Sequence record: KJ010489.1
Reading direction: 5' to 3' (one strand)
DNA: 42,597 nt
Origin: Enterococcus phage IME-EFm1
The translations under genes were made by a program, and so were the position numbers. Shown here one piece after another: positions 8,037-18,351 of the stretch. Within the stretch, counting starts at the first letter, position 1; each line of letters begins with the position of its first letter. The notes below the pieces were generated by a model that saw only the letters and a list, made by a program, of their open reading frames with translations, was not told the DNA's origin and did no database searches.

Positions 8037-8600
8037 ATGGCATTAGTAGGCTTTGAAAAAGCAATCATTTCAGTACCAAAAGTAGGCGGAGTAGGCGTAG
8101 ACCAATTAGTAATTGATAAGACAGGTGGAGGTACAATTGAAGCAAGTATCTCAGGCATTTCACCAGACCAAACAACCGTATATGCGTCAAATGTACCTAT
8201 TTGGGTATCAGCTAAAGGGGTTGGTGAGTTGACTGCCTCATTAAACGTATTTGACCTTTACAAAAACGGTGTATATGAAAAAATCATGGGTATCACACGT
8301 GACGCAGATGGTGTAGCTATGGTGGGTCAAGACACGGAAGCACCTTATGTATCAGTGGTATTTGTATCAAGCACCGCAGATGGTAAGAAGATGTTACTTG
8401 GTTTGACAAAAGGACGATTCTCACATCCAGAATTAGCCTTGAACACATCAGAATCTGGTGGAACAGAACCAAATACAGAAACAATTGAAGGTTCATTTGT
8501 AACGGACTCACGCGGTATTGCTTACATGAGCGGAGTGGAAGATGGTACTAAGTTAACACTAGAAAAATTCATTAACAAAGTTAACAATGTCGCAGCATAG
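8037..8600 (+). CDS. Major tail protein
   Basis: 187 aa. MALVGFEKAIISVPKVGG...TGGGTIEA fits siphovirus major tail proteins. Followed by a strong terminator. Confidence 0.75.
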   Translation: MALVGFEKAIISVPKVGGVGVDQLVIDKTGGGTIEASISGISPDQTTVYASNVPIWVSAKGVGELTASLNVFDLYKNGVYEKIMGITRDADGVAMVGQDTEAPYVSVVFVSSTADGKKMLLGLTKGRFSHPELALNTSESGGTEPNTETIEGSFVTDSRGIAYMSGVEDGTKLTLEKFINKVNNVAA

Positions 8601-8610
8601 TAACATTAAA

Positions 8611-8641
8611 ACCTAGTCTTAGTTGACTAGGTTTTTATTTA
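8611..8641 (+). terminator. Rho-independent terminator (AAACCTAGTC-ttagtt-GACTAGGTTTTTATTT)
   Basis: 10-bp stem plus a T-run, immediately after the major tail gene. Confidence 0.8.
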
Positions 8642-8706
8642 CACACTTGAGGGATTATATGATATAATGAAGTAGTAAAGATAAATAAAACATTGGAGGA
8701 ACTAAA

Positions 8707-9054
8707 ATGCTTACATTAAAATTAGAAATTGATGGAAAAACAAAAGAGTTTAAACAAAAATCAATCAAAGTGCGTGCTATGCGTGAAATGATGAAATTCC
8801 AAGCCCGCATGGAAAAAGTAGAATCTGGTGAGGAAGAAATGTCAGCCTTAGAACAAATTGATACAATGATTATGCTAGTGGCGGATGTATTTGACAATCC
8901 AGAAGTAAACTTTGATACCATTATTAGTGGAGTTGAAGCAGATAAACTAGAAGAAGTACTTGGAGGCGTATTTGATGCTATTGGTGGTGGACAAGCAGCA
9001 CCAGCAAAAAGGAGAAAAAGACCTCTCAGAAATAAGCTGGGAGGAACATCTTGA
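8707..9054 (+). CDS. Tail assembly chaperone (gpG-like)
   Basis: 115 aa between the major tail gene and the tape measure gene. Promoter tatGATATAAT at 8658-8669. Confidence 0.7.
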   Translation: MLTLKLEIDGKTKEFKQKSIKVRAMREMMKFQARMEKVESGEEEMSALEQIDTMIMLVADVFDNPEVNFDTIISGVEADKLEEVLGGVFDAIGGGQAAPAKRRKRPLRNKLGGTS

Positions 9055-9265
9055 AGCAATGGATAAGATGTACACTGACCTTCTATCCAGTGAGTCTGGA
9101 ACATGGTCTCTATCAGAAATTAACAACGCAGATTATAATTTACTAATGGAACTATTTACAAAAGACAATAAACCTAAAAAAGAAAAACTGCAAGACCCAG
9201 TAGATTTCTTTGGTACATTTATGAGTCCACAAGATATAGCAAAAGTAAAAGGTGAGACACTTTAG
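8707..9265 (+). CDS. Tail assembly chaperone frameshift fusion (gpGT-like), predicted +1 shift at AAA-AGG (9007-9012)
   Basis: The downstream ORF (open from 8951 to 9265) has no own start or RBS. It lies in the +1 frame relative to the gpG-like ORF and overlaps its 3' end. Confidence 0.5.
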
Positions 9266-9288
9266 CGCACGGCTAGAGTGTCTATTTT
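9253..9288 (+). terminator. Hairpin (GAGACACT...AGTGTCTC) then T-rich, upstream of the tape-measure promoter
   Basis: Inverted repeat followed by tattttatg and the promoter TGtTATAAT at 9289-9297. Confidence 0.4.
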
Positions 9289-9331
9289 ATGTTATAATAG
9301 ATTAAGAAAGCAAGCAAAAGGAGTGAAATGC

Positions 9332-12300
9332 ATGGCACAAGATAGACCTATAGGAAATATGAAATTTGGGGTTGGATTTGATGGTTTAGATGAGTCTTTA
9401 AATACATTAGATAAGTTAAATAGAGCAATTAAACAGACAGAATCAGCAATGAAAACAAATATCTCTACAATGGATAAAGGTAATAAAACAGCCTCTGACT
9501 ACGCACGTGCAGAAGCAGATTTAACGAGAGCATATGAATTACAAGCTAAAAAAATTGCATTACTAGAAAAAAGAAAAGAAGAACAAATTAAAGCTCATGG
9601 TGCTGAATCAGCAGCAGTTGCTAGAACAGTTGATCAGATCAACAAAGCCTCAGCAAAATACAATCAGTATAACAAAGAGATTGATAAAAACAAACAGGCA
9701 CATATTATCGCATCAAGTGGTGTAGATAAATACAATAAGGCATTGTCTGAAAACGAGAAACAGATGAAACAAGAAGTGTCTGCATTAAAGAGTTCTGGTG
9801 ATAAACTTGGAGCATATAAAGCACAAAAGAAAGGCTTGGAGACACAAGAGAAACTAACCACTAAAGCTATTGCAGCACAAGAAAATGTAGTTAAAGAATT
9901 AACGAAAGAATATGGTGATAACTCCAGACAAGTTCAAGAGGCGCAATCAAAACTAGATAGTTACAAGCGTCAACAAGCAATTACTTCTAAACAAATTGAG
10001 GGAACAAACAAGAGTATCAAAGAAGGTTCAAGTTCATTCAAAGGTTTAAATGATGAAATGAGTAAATCTGAAGGTGCTAGTACTAAAGCTACTAAATCAC
10101 TAGGTAAGGTTACATCTGGTTTAGGGAGCATGGTTTCAGGCATTGGTAAAGTTGTAGGTAAGGTTGGACTTGGTGCGTTACTAACTATTGGTAACAAAGC
10201 GTTTAATGCCGTTTCATCAAATGTTGATTCAGCGATTAAACGTATTGATACCCTGGCAAACTCTTCAAGAGCCTTCCAGAATATGGGATTTGACGCTAAT
10301 AAGACAGCTAAGGCAATGAAAACATTTCTAAAGCAATTGAAGGATTACCAACAGCTTTAGATGACTCTGTATCCAACGTACAATTATTAGCCGCTTCAAC
10401 TGGTGATCTAGATTTGTCTGTGGATGTCTATAAAGCACTAAATGACGCCATTCTAGGCTTTGGCGGAGACGCAAACATGGCAAATAATGCTATTGTTCAG
10501 TTATCCCAATCCTTCTCTAATGGTAAAGTAGACGCGCAAACATGGAACTCTATGATAAACTCAGGACTTGGCCCAACATTAAATGCCCTAGCTAAACAAA
10601 TGGGCATTACCACTGGTGAGTTAAAAAATGGTCTTTCAGAAGGTAAAATCTCAGTTAAAGACTTTCAAGAAGGATTAATTAAACTTGACAAAGAAGGTGG
10701 AGGCGGTCTTAAGTCATTAGAACAGATTGCCAAAGACTCTACAAAAGGTATTAGTACATCACTAGCAAATGCTAAAACAGCGATGGTACGTGGAACTGCT
10801 GAACTGATTAAAAGTGTAGATGAAATGCTTAAAAATATGAATCTACCAACAATCAGTGAGTTTATTACAAATGCTGGAACAAACATGGAAAACTTCATGA
10901 AAAAAGTTGCTGCTGTTATGCCTGAAATTGCAAAAAGCTTTGCATGGGTTGGAGATATATTTGATCAAATTAGTGAATGGTCATCATCAGCCTTAGGTAA
11001 ATTTGGAGACTTTGTAACCGGAATTGAAACTGGCTTGAGCGGTCTAGTTGATTATATTACCAAAGTTTGGAGTGGTAAAGCAACAAACGGAGATGATTAT
11101 CTACTAGCGCAACTAGGTTTTGATTATGATACTATTTGGAAGTTGGAAGACTTTGTAACCCAATTCAAAGAGAAAGCAGAAACATTTGGTGCTTACGTAC
11201 AAGGTTTCTGGCAGTTGTTTACTGGTGATGAAGCCACCCAAATGCAAGGGTACTCGTTACTACGTTCGTTAGGAATGAGTCAAGAAGATATAGAAGCACT
11301 AGAAACAGCTAAAGAAAATATTAAAACTGCTTTTGATTCTGTAAAAGAGGTGATAAAGAAGCTTCTTGAAGAAGGCTTGGATAAAATGATTCAAGCATGG
11401 AAAGATTTAGTTAAGATTTGGGAGGATGATATTGCACCTGATTTATTACCACTATTTCAACAGTTCAGTGGATGGCTCGGTCGTATCACAGGTGATTTAG
11501 CAGTTATTAGTGGTGCACTAGATAACTTTGGTGGATCATCTCAAAGTAATTCTAATGTAGTTATTGACGCATTTGGCTTGATGTGGGAAGGTATCAAGCT
11601 TAAACTAGCTTTAATAATGTCCACCGTTGAAACTGCTATGATAATCATTTCCAGTACTATCAAAATTTGGAGTAAGATTTTCAAAGGCGATTGGGGTGGT
11701 GCTTGGGAAGAAATCAAAAACATGTATGACCGTATATCTAATTCAATCAAAGAAAATTTTAAAAACACCTTCTTGGGTGATATGATTACAAGTATTGAAC
11801 AGTGGAACACCAAAACGACCGCGGCATTCACTGGTTGGATTAGTGATATATCTACCAAATTTAGTACATGGCTAACTAAAATGAAGAACTGGTTTCAAAA
11901 CTTACCAGGTGAGTTAGCTGATAAGTTTAGATCAGGAGGAAGTAAAGTAGCGGATGCCTTTAAATCTGTATTTAATGGTGCACTCAGAGCTATTGGAAAA
12001 CCAATAAATGGTATTATTAAAGGGGCGTCATGGGTACTTGAAAAATTGGGTGCAGAACCTCTAAAAGAATGGGAAGTACCACAATACGCCACAGGTACAC
12101 CAGCAGGAGGTCACCCAATTAATGGCCCAATGATGGTCAATGATGGACGTGGAGCAGAAACAGTCATTACACCAGATGGTAGAGCATTCATACCTAAAGG
12201 ACGTAACGTTGTATTAAACGCACCAAAAGGAACACATGTCTTGACAGCAGAAGAAACAGCTCAGCTTCAAGGTTCAAAAGCACCAAAATATCGTTACAAA

Positions 12301-13644
12301 AAAGGTACTAACTTCTTTGGTAACATGTGGGACAGTGTGAAAAATGTTGCTGGTAATGTAGGAAACACACTGAAAAACGTAGTAGGTGATGTGTGGGACT
12401 TCATTTCAGACCCTGGAGCATTAGCTAGAAAAGTACTTGGTGGCTTAGATGTATTAGGTGGATTGACAAAATATCCATTAGAAGTAGGTAAAGGTATTCT
12501 ATCTAAAGCAACAAGCGCCCTGACTGAAAAGATTACTGGGTTGTTCTCATCTGGTAACTTAGATACATCTATAGGAACAAACGGCGTATATAAATATTTA
12601 GCAGATGTAGCTAAATCTGTAATGAAGAAATTCCCAGGCTTTGTGGCAACTAGTGGGTATAGACCAGGCGACCCATATTCACATGGTAAACGTAACGCAA
12701 TTGATATTGCATTACCAGGTGTCACAGGAGGTTCACCACGCTACACAGAAGCCGCAAACTATGCTTTTGACAAATTCGCTTCCAAGATTGGTTACGTTAT
12801 CACAAATGGTAAAGTTCGTGACCGTTCAGGACAATCAGGTACAGGTATTCATAACGATTGGAGACCATGGCCAGATGGAGACCATTATGATCACGTGCAT
12901 TTAAACGGTGTGAAAGACCCACAAAACACTCAAATTTCAGGTGATAGCGTGGGAGGCAGTGGCGTAGAAAGATGGCGTAATGTAGCAATCAGAGCATTGA
13001 AAATGACTGGTCAATACAGTACTGCAAACTTAAATGCATTACTAAATCAAATGCGTACAGAGTCAAATGGTAATCCTAATGCAATTAACAACTGGGATAT
13101 TAACGCTAAAAATGGAACACCTTCTAAAGGGTTGCTCCAAGTGATTGACCCAACCTTCAGACAGTATGCAATGCCTGGATTCAACAGTAATATCTATGAC
13201 CCACTAAGTAATATTCTAGCATCTATAAAGTATGCCCTAGCCACATATGGCTCACTAACCAACGCTTATCGTGGAGTTGGTTACGAATACGGTGGAAGGG
13301 TCACAAAAGAACACATTGCAAGAGTTGGAGAAGGCAACAAAGAAGAGGTTATAATTCCATTAACAGGCACTGGCTTAAAACGTTCAAGAGCTATGCAACT
13401 ATTAGCATATGCTAATGAAAAACTTGGTAAAAACAAGACTACACCTACATCATTAAGTGGTAGTAATTCTAATCAAGACTTGACCATCTTGATTAATTTG
13501 ATGCAACAACAAAATGAACTCTTAATGGCGTTGCTTGATAAGTCACCTACGATTGAACTTGATGGGAATAAGGTAAGTAAAGAAATTACAAAGTATCAAG
13601 AATCAGCAACACGTAATCGAAATAGACAAATGGGATTAATATAA
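9332..13644 (+). CDS. Tail tape measure protein (TP901-type core; LAS-family Zn-peptidase and lytic transglycosylase domains). The reading frame is broken near 10319-10322.
   Basis: N-terminal coiled-coil ORF 9332-10360, then frame -1 open from 10312 to 13644. The core motif is LGFGGDANMANNAIVQLSQSFSNGKVDAQTWNSM. The H-x6-D...HVH motif spans ~12640-12900. The SLT-like RTESNGNPNA...GLLQV motif spans ~13030-13260. Confidence 0.75.
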
Positions 13645-13645
13645 G

Positions 13646-13677
13646 AAAAAAAAAGGGGGATAAACCCCCTTTTTTAT
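13646..13677 (+). terminator. Rho-independent terminator (A9-GGGGG-ataaa-CCCCC-T6)
   Basis: Perfect GC stem flanked by an A-run and a T-run (bidirectional-capable). Followed by the promoter TGtTATAAT at 13677-13685. Confidence 0.8.
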
Positions 13678-13713
13678 GTTATAATAGAAATATAAATAAT
13701 TAGGAGTGATTAC

Positions 13714-16700
13714 ATGGAGTATGCATTTTTAAAAAACTTTAGCTTTGATGGTAAAGAAACATCTCATTTATTTCAGATAGCTAAGGTTACAATACCATTT
13801 CTATCAAAACAAAATGAACTCTTACAAGTAGGCAATAGTAATGGTTCAACATTTTTAAACACACGTAGAACAACGAACACCATTCAAATTGATGGTTTCA
13901 TGATTAAAGATAACTCAGGTATGAACATTTATGACACTAAAGATGAACTAGTCAGAATCATAAACACTAATGAGCCTAAGCAGTTGATTTTTGATATGTT
14001 CCCAAACAGATATTTTAATGCAATTTACAGCGGTACGCAAGAATATGATGCAACTGACTCTAAGTATACACCGTTAACTTTAACATTTGATGTTCCTGAT
14101 GGGTTAGCACATAATATAAACCCTTCATCATATACGAACGTTTATGCAACAAATAAAAACTTGGTGTTGGATAGTGAGTATAATCATATTGGTAAATACT
14201 TGAAGCCATGGGTACAGAAGTTAGATGAGAAGTTTAATAACTCTAACGTGGTTCAAGGTGACTTCACAAATGGAGTACCTTTGAATTTTGAAAGTGATAA
14301 AAATTCAGATGAACGATGGCTAAACTGGAGTCAGGCCACAACCATTCATAGTAATGAGTTAAAAGTTGGAGATGAAGTCAATTTCAGTGTATATGCACAA
14401 GTAGTATCAATTGATGAAGAGAATAACAAAGACTACGCTGGACAAGTAATACTAGAAGAGTGGGATACAGTGAAGGGAGCAATACTTAAAAGACACGTTG
14501 TTGATATCCCTAAAAAAGTGACTACTGAGTTCATTGAATATGGTTCAGTTGTTAAAATTGAAAACGAAAAAACAAATGCCATTAACTTGCAGTATGGTTT
14601 CAGAGGAAGTAACCTTATTAAATGGAGTAAACCAATGGTTAGTTTGCTACCACCAATTGGTGAAACAGTAACAGCTCCAACCGTGGGAGCAACGGCATAC
14701 AGTAACAGCATCGATTTCGGGAACTATGATTATAGTGGAAATCCGAATTTGATGGCTAATATAAACGCTGATAGCTTCTCGCAAGGTAGTGGTGCCTTAT
14801 CTGTTGTAGATGATGGTGACGAGGTAGTGATTACGCTTGATCCAAACCATAAATTAGAAATATTCAAAGCGAAAAGTCAACCAGCTCTGGTAGTGGGGAA
14901 AACATATACCATGAGTGTAGAAATTATGTTAGAAGATGATTTCACTGGAGACCCTAGTAATATATCTCTAAGATATATTAAAATGCCCAGCTGGTTAACA
15001 GTACTATATACGCCTTATACATTAACTAATACTAAGGGTGTATGGCAAAAACTAACTGTTACCGCTAAAATGACTACTGCGATTGATAACGCTGAAAGCT
15101 GGTTTATAATGCTACAAAATAAAGACGCTAATAACAGCCTATCCGGCAAACTACGTTTGAGACACGCTAAACTCGAAGAAGGCTCAACAGCTACACCATA
15201 TCAACCTAACTTATTGGATGCACCGTATTATTTTAGTAAGTTGGCATTGGGAGAGAACATTGCTGACCCTAAAAAAGTATTTCCTATTAAAACTAGTTTA
15301 TATAATATATATCAGGGTAGAAATACTGAAAACTATCAAGTAAATCAAACTTACACAATTACTATGAAGGCAACTAAACCAGTTACGCAACAAGTTGGTG
15401 TTTATTTATTAGGTGGTGCTATGAGTGTTGGTAATATGCAACCTGTAGAGGGCTTAACTGATGTTTGGAAATTAACATTTAAAGTAACACAAGCCCACAT
15501 AGATGGTGGCGTAACTAATCTTTTAGATTTATATCAATTACCACAATCTACAATTGGAGCATTTAAAATTGACTGGCTCAAGATTGAAAAAGGTGACACG
15601 CGAACTCCTAATATTCCATACTACAAATATGAAGGAATTGCACCAGCACCATCAAATAATCCAAAGGACTATCATTGGGGTTATAGTCCTTCATATATCA
15701 ACGCGGTTGAATATATACCAAGTGATGCAGGATATTCTGACATCATAGAAGTATATAACAATGGAACTGCTGAAACATATCCTCAATTCACATTTACAAT
15801 GAATGGAGAAAATGGATTAGTTGGGTTACTACATGAAGATGGATCTATACTACAATTCGGAAATCCTGAAAACGTAGATGGTAAAGATACTACTAAATCA
15901 CTTGAATTAGGTGTAAACCAATCGTTTTGGGGAAACACATTAAACCCAGAAATAGCAGTGAACACTGGCTTCAAATCAGTTTGGAATCCAACACCACCAA
16001 ATGAGGTGAGAGGTTCTTGGGATATGACAACTAATGTGAATAGTGTAACCCCTCACTACGCAGGAGTTGATGATATTGGCGTTTGGCATGGGCCTACTAT
16101 GATGATGGATATCAAACCTCCATATAACAACGATAGAAATAATCAAGTAGAAGCACGAATGGCGTTTATGTTTGATAATGATGTTAAGTATAGACGTGGG
16201 CGCTATGAGTTTAGTGTTTTTGATGAACATGGAAATCCAATCATGACAACAATTCTTAGTGATGCAAATGCAGTTTCCAATACTATTCAATTTGAATTAT
16301 GGTATAAAGGTAGTAAACTTGGAGAAGTTAGTCTTAACAAATCACGATTTAGTGGTAGAGAATATGAAATTGTAATGTTGCGTAGAGGTAAAAAACTACA
16401 ATGGAATTTTATTAAAGTACACACTACAAAGCGTGCTAAATATGAAGGCACAACATATGCACAAGTTATTGCAGACACCGTAGAGTCATTTAATTGGACA
16501 CTTGAAGAGAATGATTCAACGAAGTGGATGCGTGTAGGAGTGTGGGCGCAACGATATTCAAATAAACCTGTAGCAATTCAAGTAATCAGACACATACAAG
16601 TCAGATGGTTGAATACATCATATTATCAAGACATCAGAAACTACTTTCAAGATGGAGATATTGTAGAAATAGATGTGGCAAGTAGAAGTTTATTTGTAAA

Positions 16701-16848
16701 TGGCGTTATCAATAATGAATTGAATGTGGTAGGTAATCAGTGGGAAAGTTTCATCTTGCCTGTTGGTAAAACAGTGATCCAACCTGTGCTATCAACATGG
16801 GCTAATAACCCTGACGTGGTTTGTGTAGTTCGTGACTCGTGGAATTAA
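13714..16848 (+). CDS. Distal tail protein (Dit) with large C-terminal/inserted extensions (1044 aa)
   Basis: Position directly after the tape measure gene. The N-terminal ~130 aa (…IQIDGFMIKDNSG…FDMFPNRYFNAIY…LTFDV) resembles siphovirus Dit, and the remainder looks like carbohydrate-binding extensions. Confidence 0.65.
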   Translation: MEYAFLKNFSFDGKETSHLFQIAKVTIPFLSKQNELLQVGNSNGSTFLNTRRTTNTIQIDGFMIKDNSGMNIYDTKDELVRIINTNEPKQLIFDMFPNRYFNAIYSGTQEYDATDSKYTPLTLTFDVPDGLAHNINPSSYTNVYATNKNLVLDSEYNHIGKYLKPWVQKLDEKFNNSNVVQGDFTNGVPLNFESDKNSDERWLNWSQATTIHSNELKVGDEVNFSVYAQVVSIDEENNKDYAGQVILEEWDTVKGAILKRHVVDIPKKVTTEFIEYGSVVKIENEKTNAINLQYGFRGSNLIKWSKPMVSLLPPIGETVTAPTVGATAYSNSIDFGNYDYSGNPNLMANINADSFSQGSGALSVVDDGDEVVITLDPNHKLEIFKAKSQPALVVGKTYTMSVEIMLEDDFTGDPSNISLRYIKMPSWLTVLYTPYTLTNTKGVWQKLTVTAKMTTAIDNAESWFIMLQNKDANNSLSGKLRLRHAKLEEGSTATPYQPNLLDAPYYFSKLALGENIADPKKVFPIKTSLYNIYQGRNTENYQVNQTYTITMKATKPVTQQVGVYLLGGAMSVGNMQPVEGLTDVWKLTFKVTQAHIDGGVTNLLDLYQLPQSTIGAFKIDWLKIEKGDTRTPNIPYYKYEGIAPAPSNNPKDYHWGYSPSYINAVEYIPSDAGYSDIIEVYNNGTAETYPQFTFTMNGENGLVGLLHEDGSILQFGNPENVDGKDTTKSLELGVNQSFWGNTLNPEIAVNTGFKSVWNPTPPNEVRGSWDMTTNVNSVTPHYAGVDDIGVWHGPTMMMDIKPPYNNDRNNQVEARMAFMFDNDVKYRRGRYEFSVFDEHGNPIMTTILSDANAVSNTIQFELWYKGSKLGEVSLNKSRFSGREYEIVMLRRGKKLQWNFIKVHTTKRAKYEGTTYAQVIADTVESFNWTLEENDSTKWMRVGVWAQRYSNKPVAIQVIRHIQVRWLNTSYYQDIRNYFQDGDIVEIDVASRSLFVNGVINNELNVVGNQWESFILPVGKTVIQPVLSTWANNPDVVCVVRDSWN

Positions 16849-16851
16849 AAG

Positions 16852-16894
16852 AATATTAGGGGGTGTACAACCCTCTAATATTGTGTTATAATAG
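16852..16894 (+). promoter_or_regulatory. Hairpin (AATATTAGGGGG...CCCTCTAATATT) followed by an extended -10 promoter (TGtTATAAT)
   Basis: 12-bp stem with one G-U pair, then gtgTTATAAT at 16885-16893 upstream of the Tal gene. Confidence 0.45.
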
Positions 16895-16914
16895 TAAATA
16901 GGAGGTGTATATTA

Positions 16915-18338
16915 TTGACAGATTTTTATGTAACAGACCGTAATTTTAATCTACAGACTATCATATCAACAAATGGAAATACACGTTATCATCTTAGCAA
17001 AGCACATGAAACAACAACCCTAAGCACAAGCTCAAAAACCTTACAAGTAGATGTGCGTTTTTCAAAAAATGATTCTTTGGAATTAAGCAAACAGTGTGCT
17101 GTTGGTAACTATATTTTATATAAAGATTCTAAAAATAAAACAAGTGTCATGGTTATTATGAAAGCTAGTCATAACCCAGTAACTGGTATCCGTAGTATGG
17201 AACTAGAGAGTGGATCACTTGACTTGTTGAATGAAACGACTGGCCCATATGATCCAAAAACTCAAAGAACAATAGCTGAATATATAAACTACTTCATCTA
17301 CGATAGTGGATTTGAAATTGGTGTAAATGAAATACCTAATAATAAACGTGCTTTAAGTTGGGATGGTAACGCAACAACACTAGAAAGGGTGTTGTCAGTA
17401 GCTACTCAATTTGAAGTTGAGTTGGAGTTCAGATTTGAATTAACTGGCAATAATGTAACCCGTTGGTTTATTGATATACGAAAAAAAGTGGGTGATGATA
17501 CCTCTCATAAATTATATGTAGACAAGGATATTCATTCTATTACAACGGAAACAGATTTATATCAGATGTACAATGCAAGTAAAGCAGAAGGCAGTGTTAT
17601 TGAGGGACAGGATAAACCACTAACGTTAAAAGGCTATAAATGGACAGATCCTGATGGAAGATTTTACTTGGATGAAACCACAGGCATTATACATGACAAA
17701 GCCAATATAACACACTGGCGTAGACCAAACTCAAACAATGGGTATTATCTGCAACTAAAAACATACACTGCTAATACACAAAAACATTATTAGAATCAGC
17801 TATCGCAGATCTTAAAAAGTATTCTACACCTATCGTTAATTATATTGTAGATGCTGCCAACGTTCCAGTTTCTTTACATGTTGGAGATACATTATACATT
17901 GTAGATGAAAACGAACGACTATTTTTAAATAGTAGAGTACAAATAATTGAATATGATTTTTTAACAAAAGAAACAGTTTTAACATTGGGAGATTTTGTTC
18001 AAGTACCAAGTGGAATTAGTGATATCATGCGTGACTGGGCAAATGATTTGAAAAATGACATTAATTCTAAGATACCTTATGAGATATTTATTGAAGCCTC
18101 TTCACCGTTGTTTATTGGAGGTAAAACACAAGATGGAAACACCACAATCACACTTAGTGCCAAAGTAAAGTGGGCTGGAAAAGATGTAACAAACATTTTT
18201 GAGTCTACAGATTTCACATGGTCTAGGTACACGTCAGCTGGAGTATTAGACAATTCATTTACAGCTACTGGTAGAGCAATCTCAGTTACATCTGGCAACG
18301 AGTCGCAATTTAAATATGAAGTATCATTAAACTATTAA
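16915..18338 (+). CDS. Tail-associated lysin / tail tip protein (Tal). The reading frame is broken at an A5 run (17780-17784).
   Basis: ORF 16915-17793, then frame -1 open from 17775 to 18338, continuing with the conserved ...LESAIADLKKYSTPIVNYIVDAANVP... segment. No internal start lies before 17985. Confidence 0.6.
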
Positions 18339-18351
18339 GGAGGATGAAAAC

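Noticed and set aside
8317-8511. Minus-strand 64-aa ORF in the major tail gene
   Set aside because: Embedded antisense, with no RBS.
8655-9104. Minus-strand 149-aa ORF overlapping the tail chaperone genes
   Set aside because: It is antisense to the gpG/gpGT region with low-complexity Ser/Pro-rich translation. The plus-strand genes have the conserved position and frameshift architecture.
9664-12988. Several minus-strand ORFs (9664-9861, 9970-10197, 10665-10898, 11541-11858, 11895-12092, 12294-12725, 12800-12988) and the plus ORF 12641-12904 inside the tape measure gene
   Set aside because: All are embedded in or antisense to the long, domain-supported tape measure frame, with a spurious composition.
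14433-16478. Minus-strand ORFs within the Dit gene (14433-14711, 15783-15974, 15976-16290, 16287-16478) and the plus ORF 15554-15748
   Set aside because: They are embedded or antisense in a 1044-aa continuous frame, with no RBS or starts.
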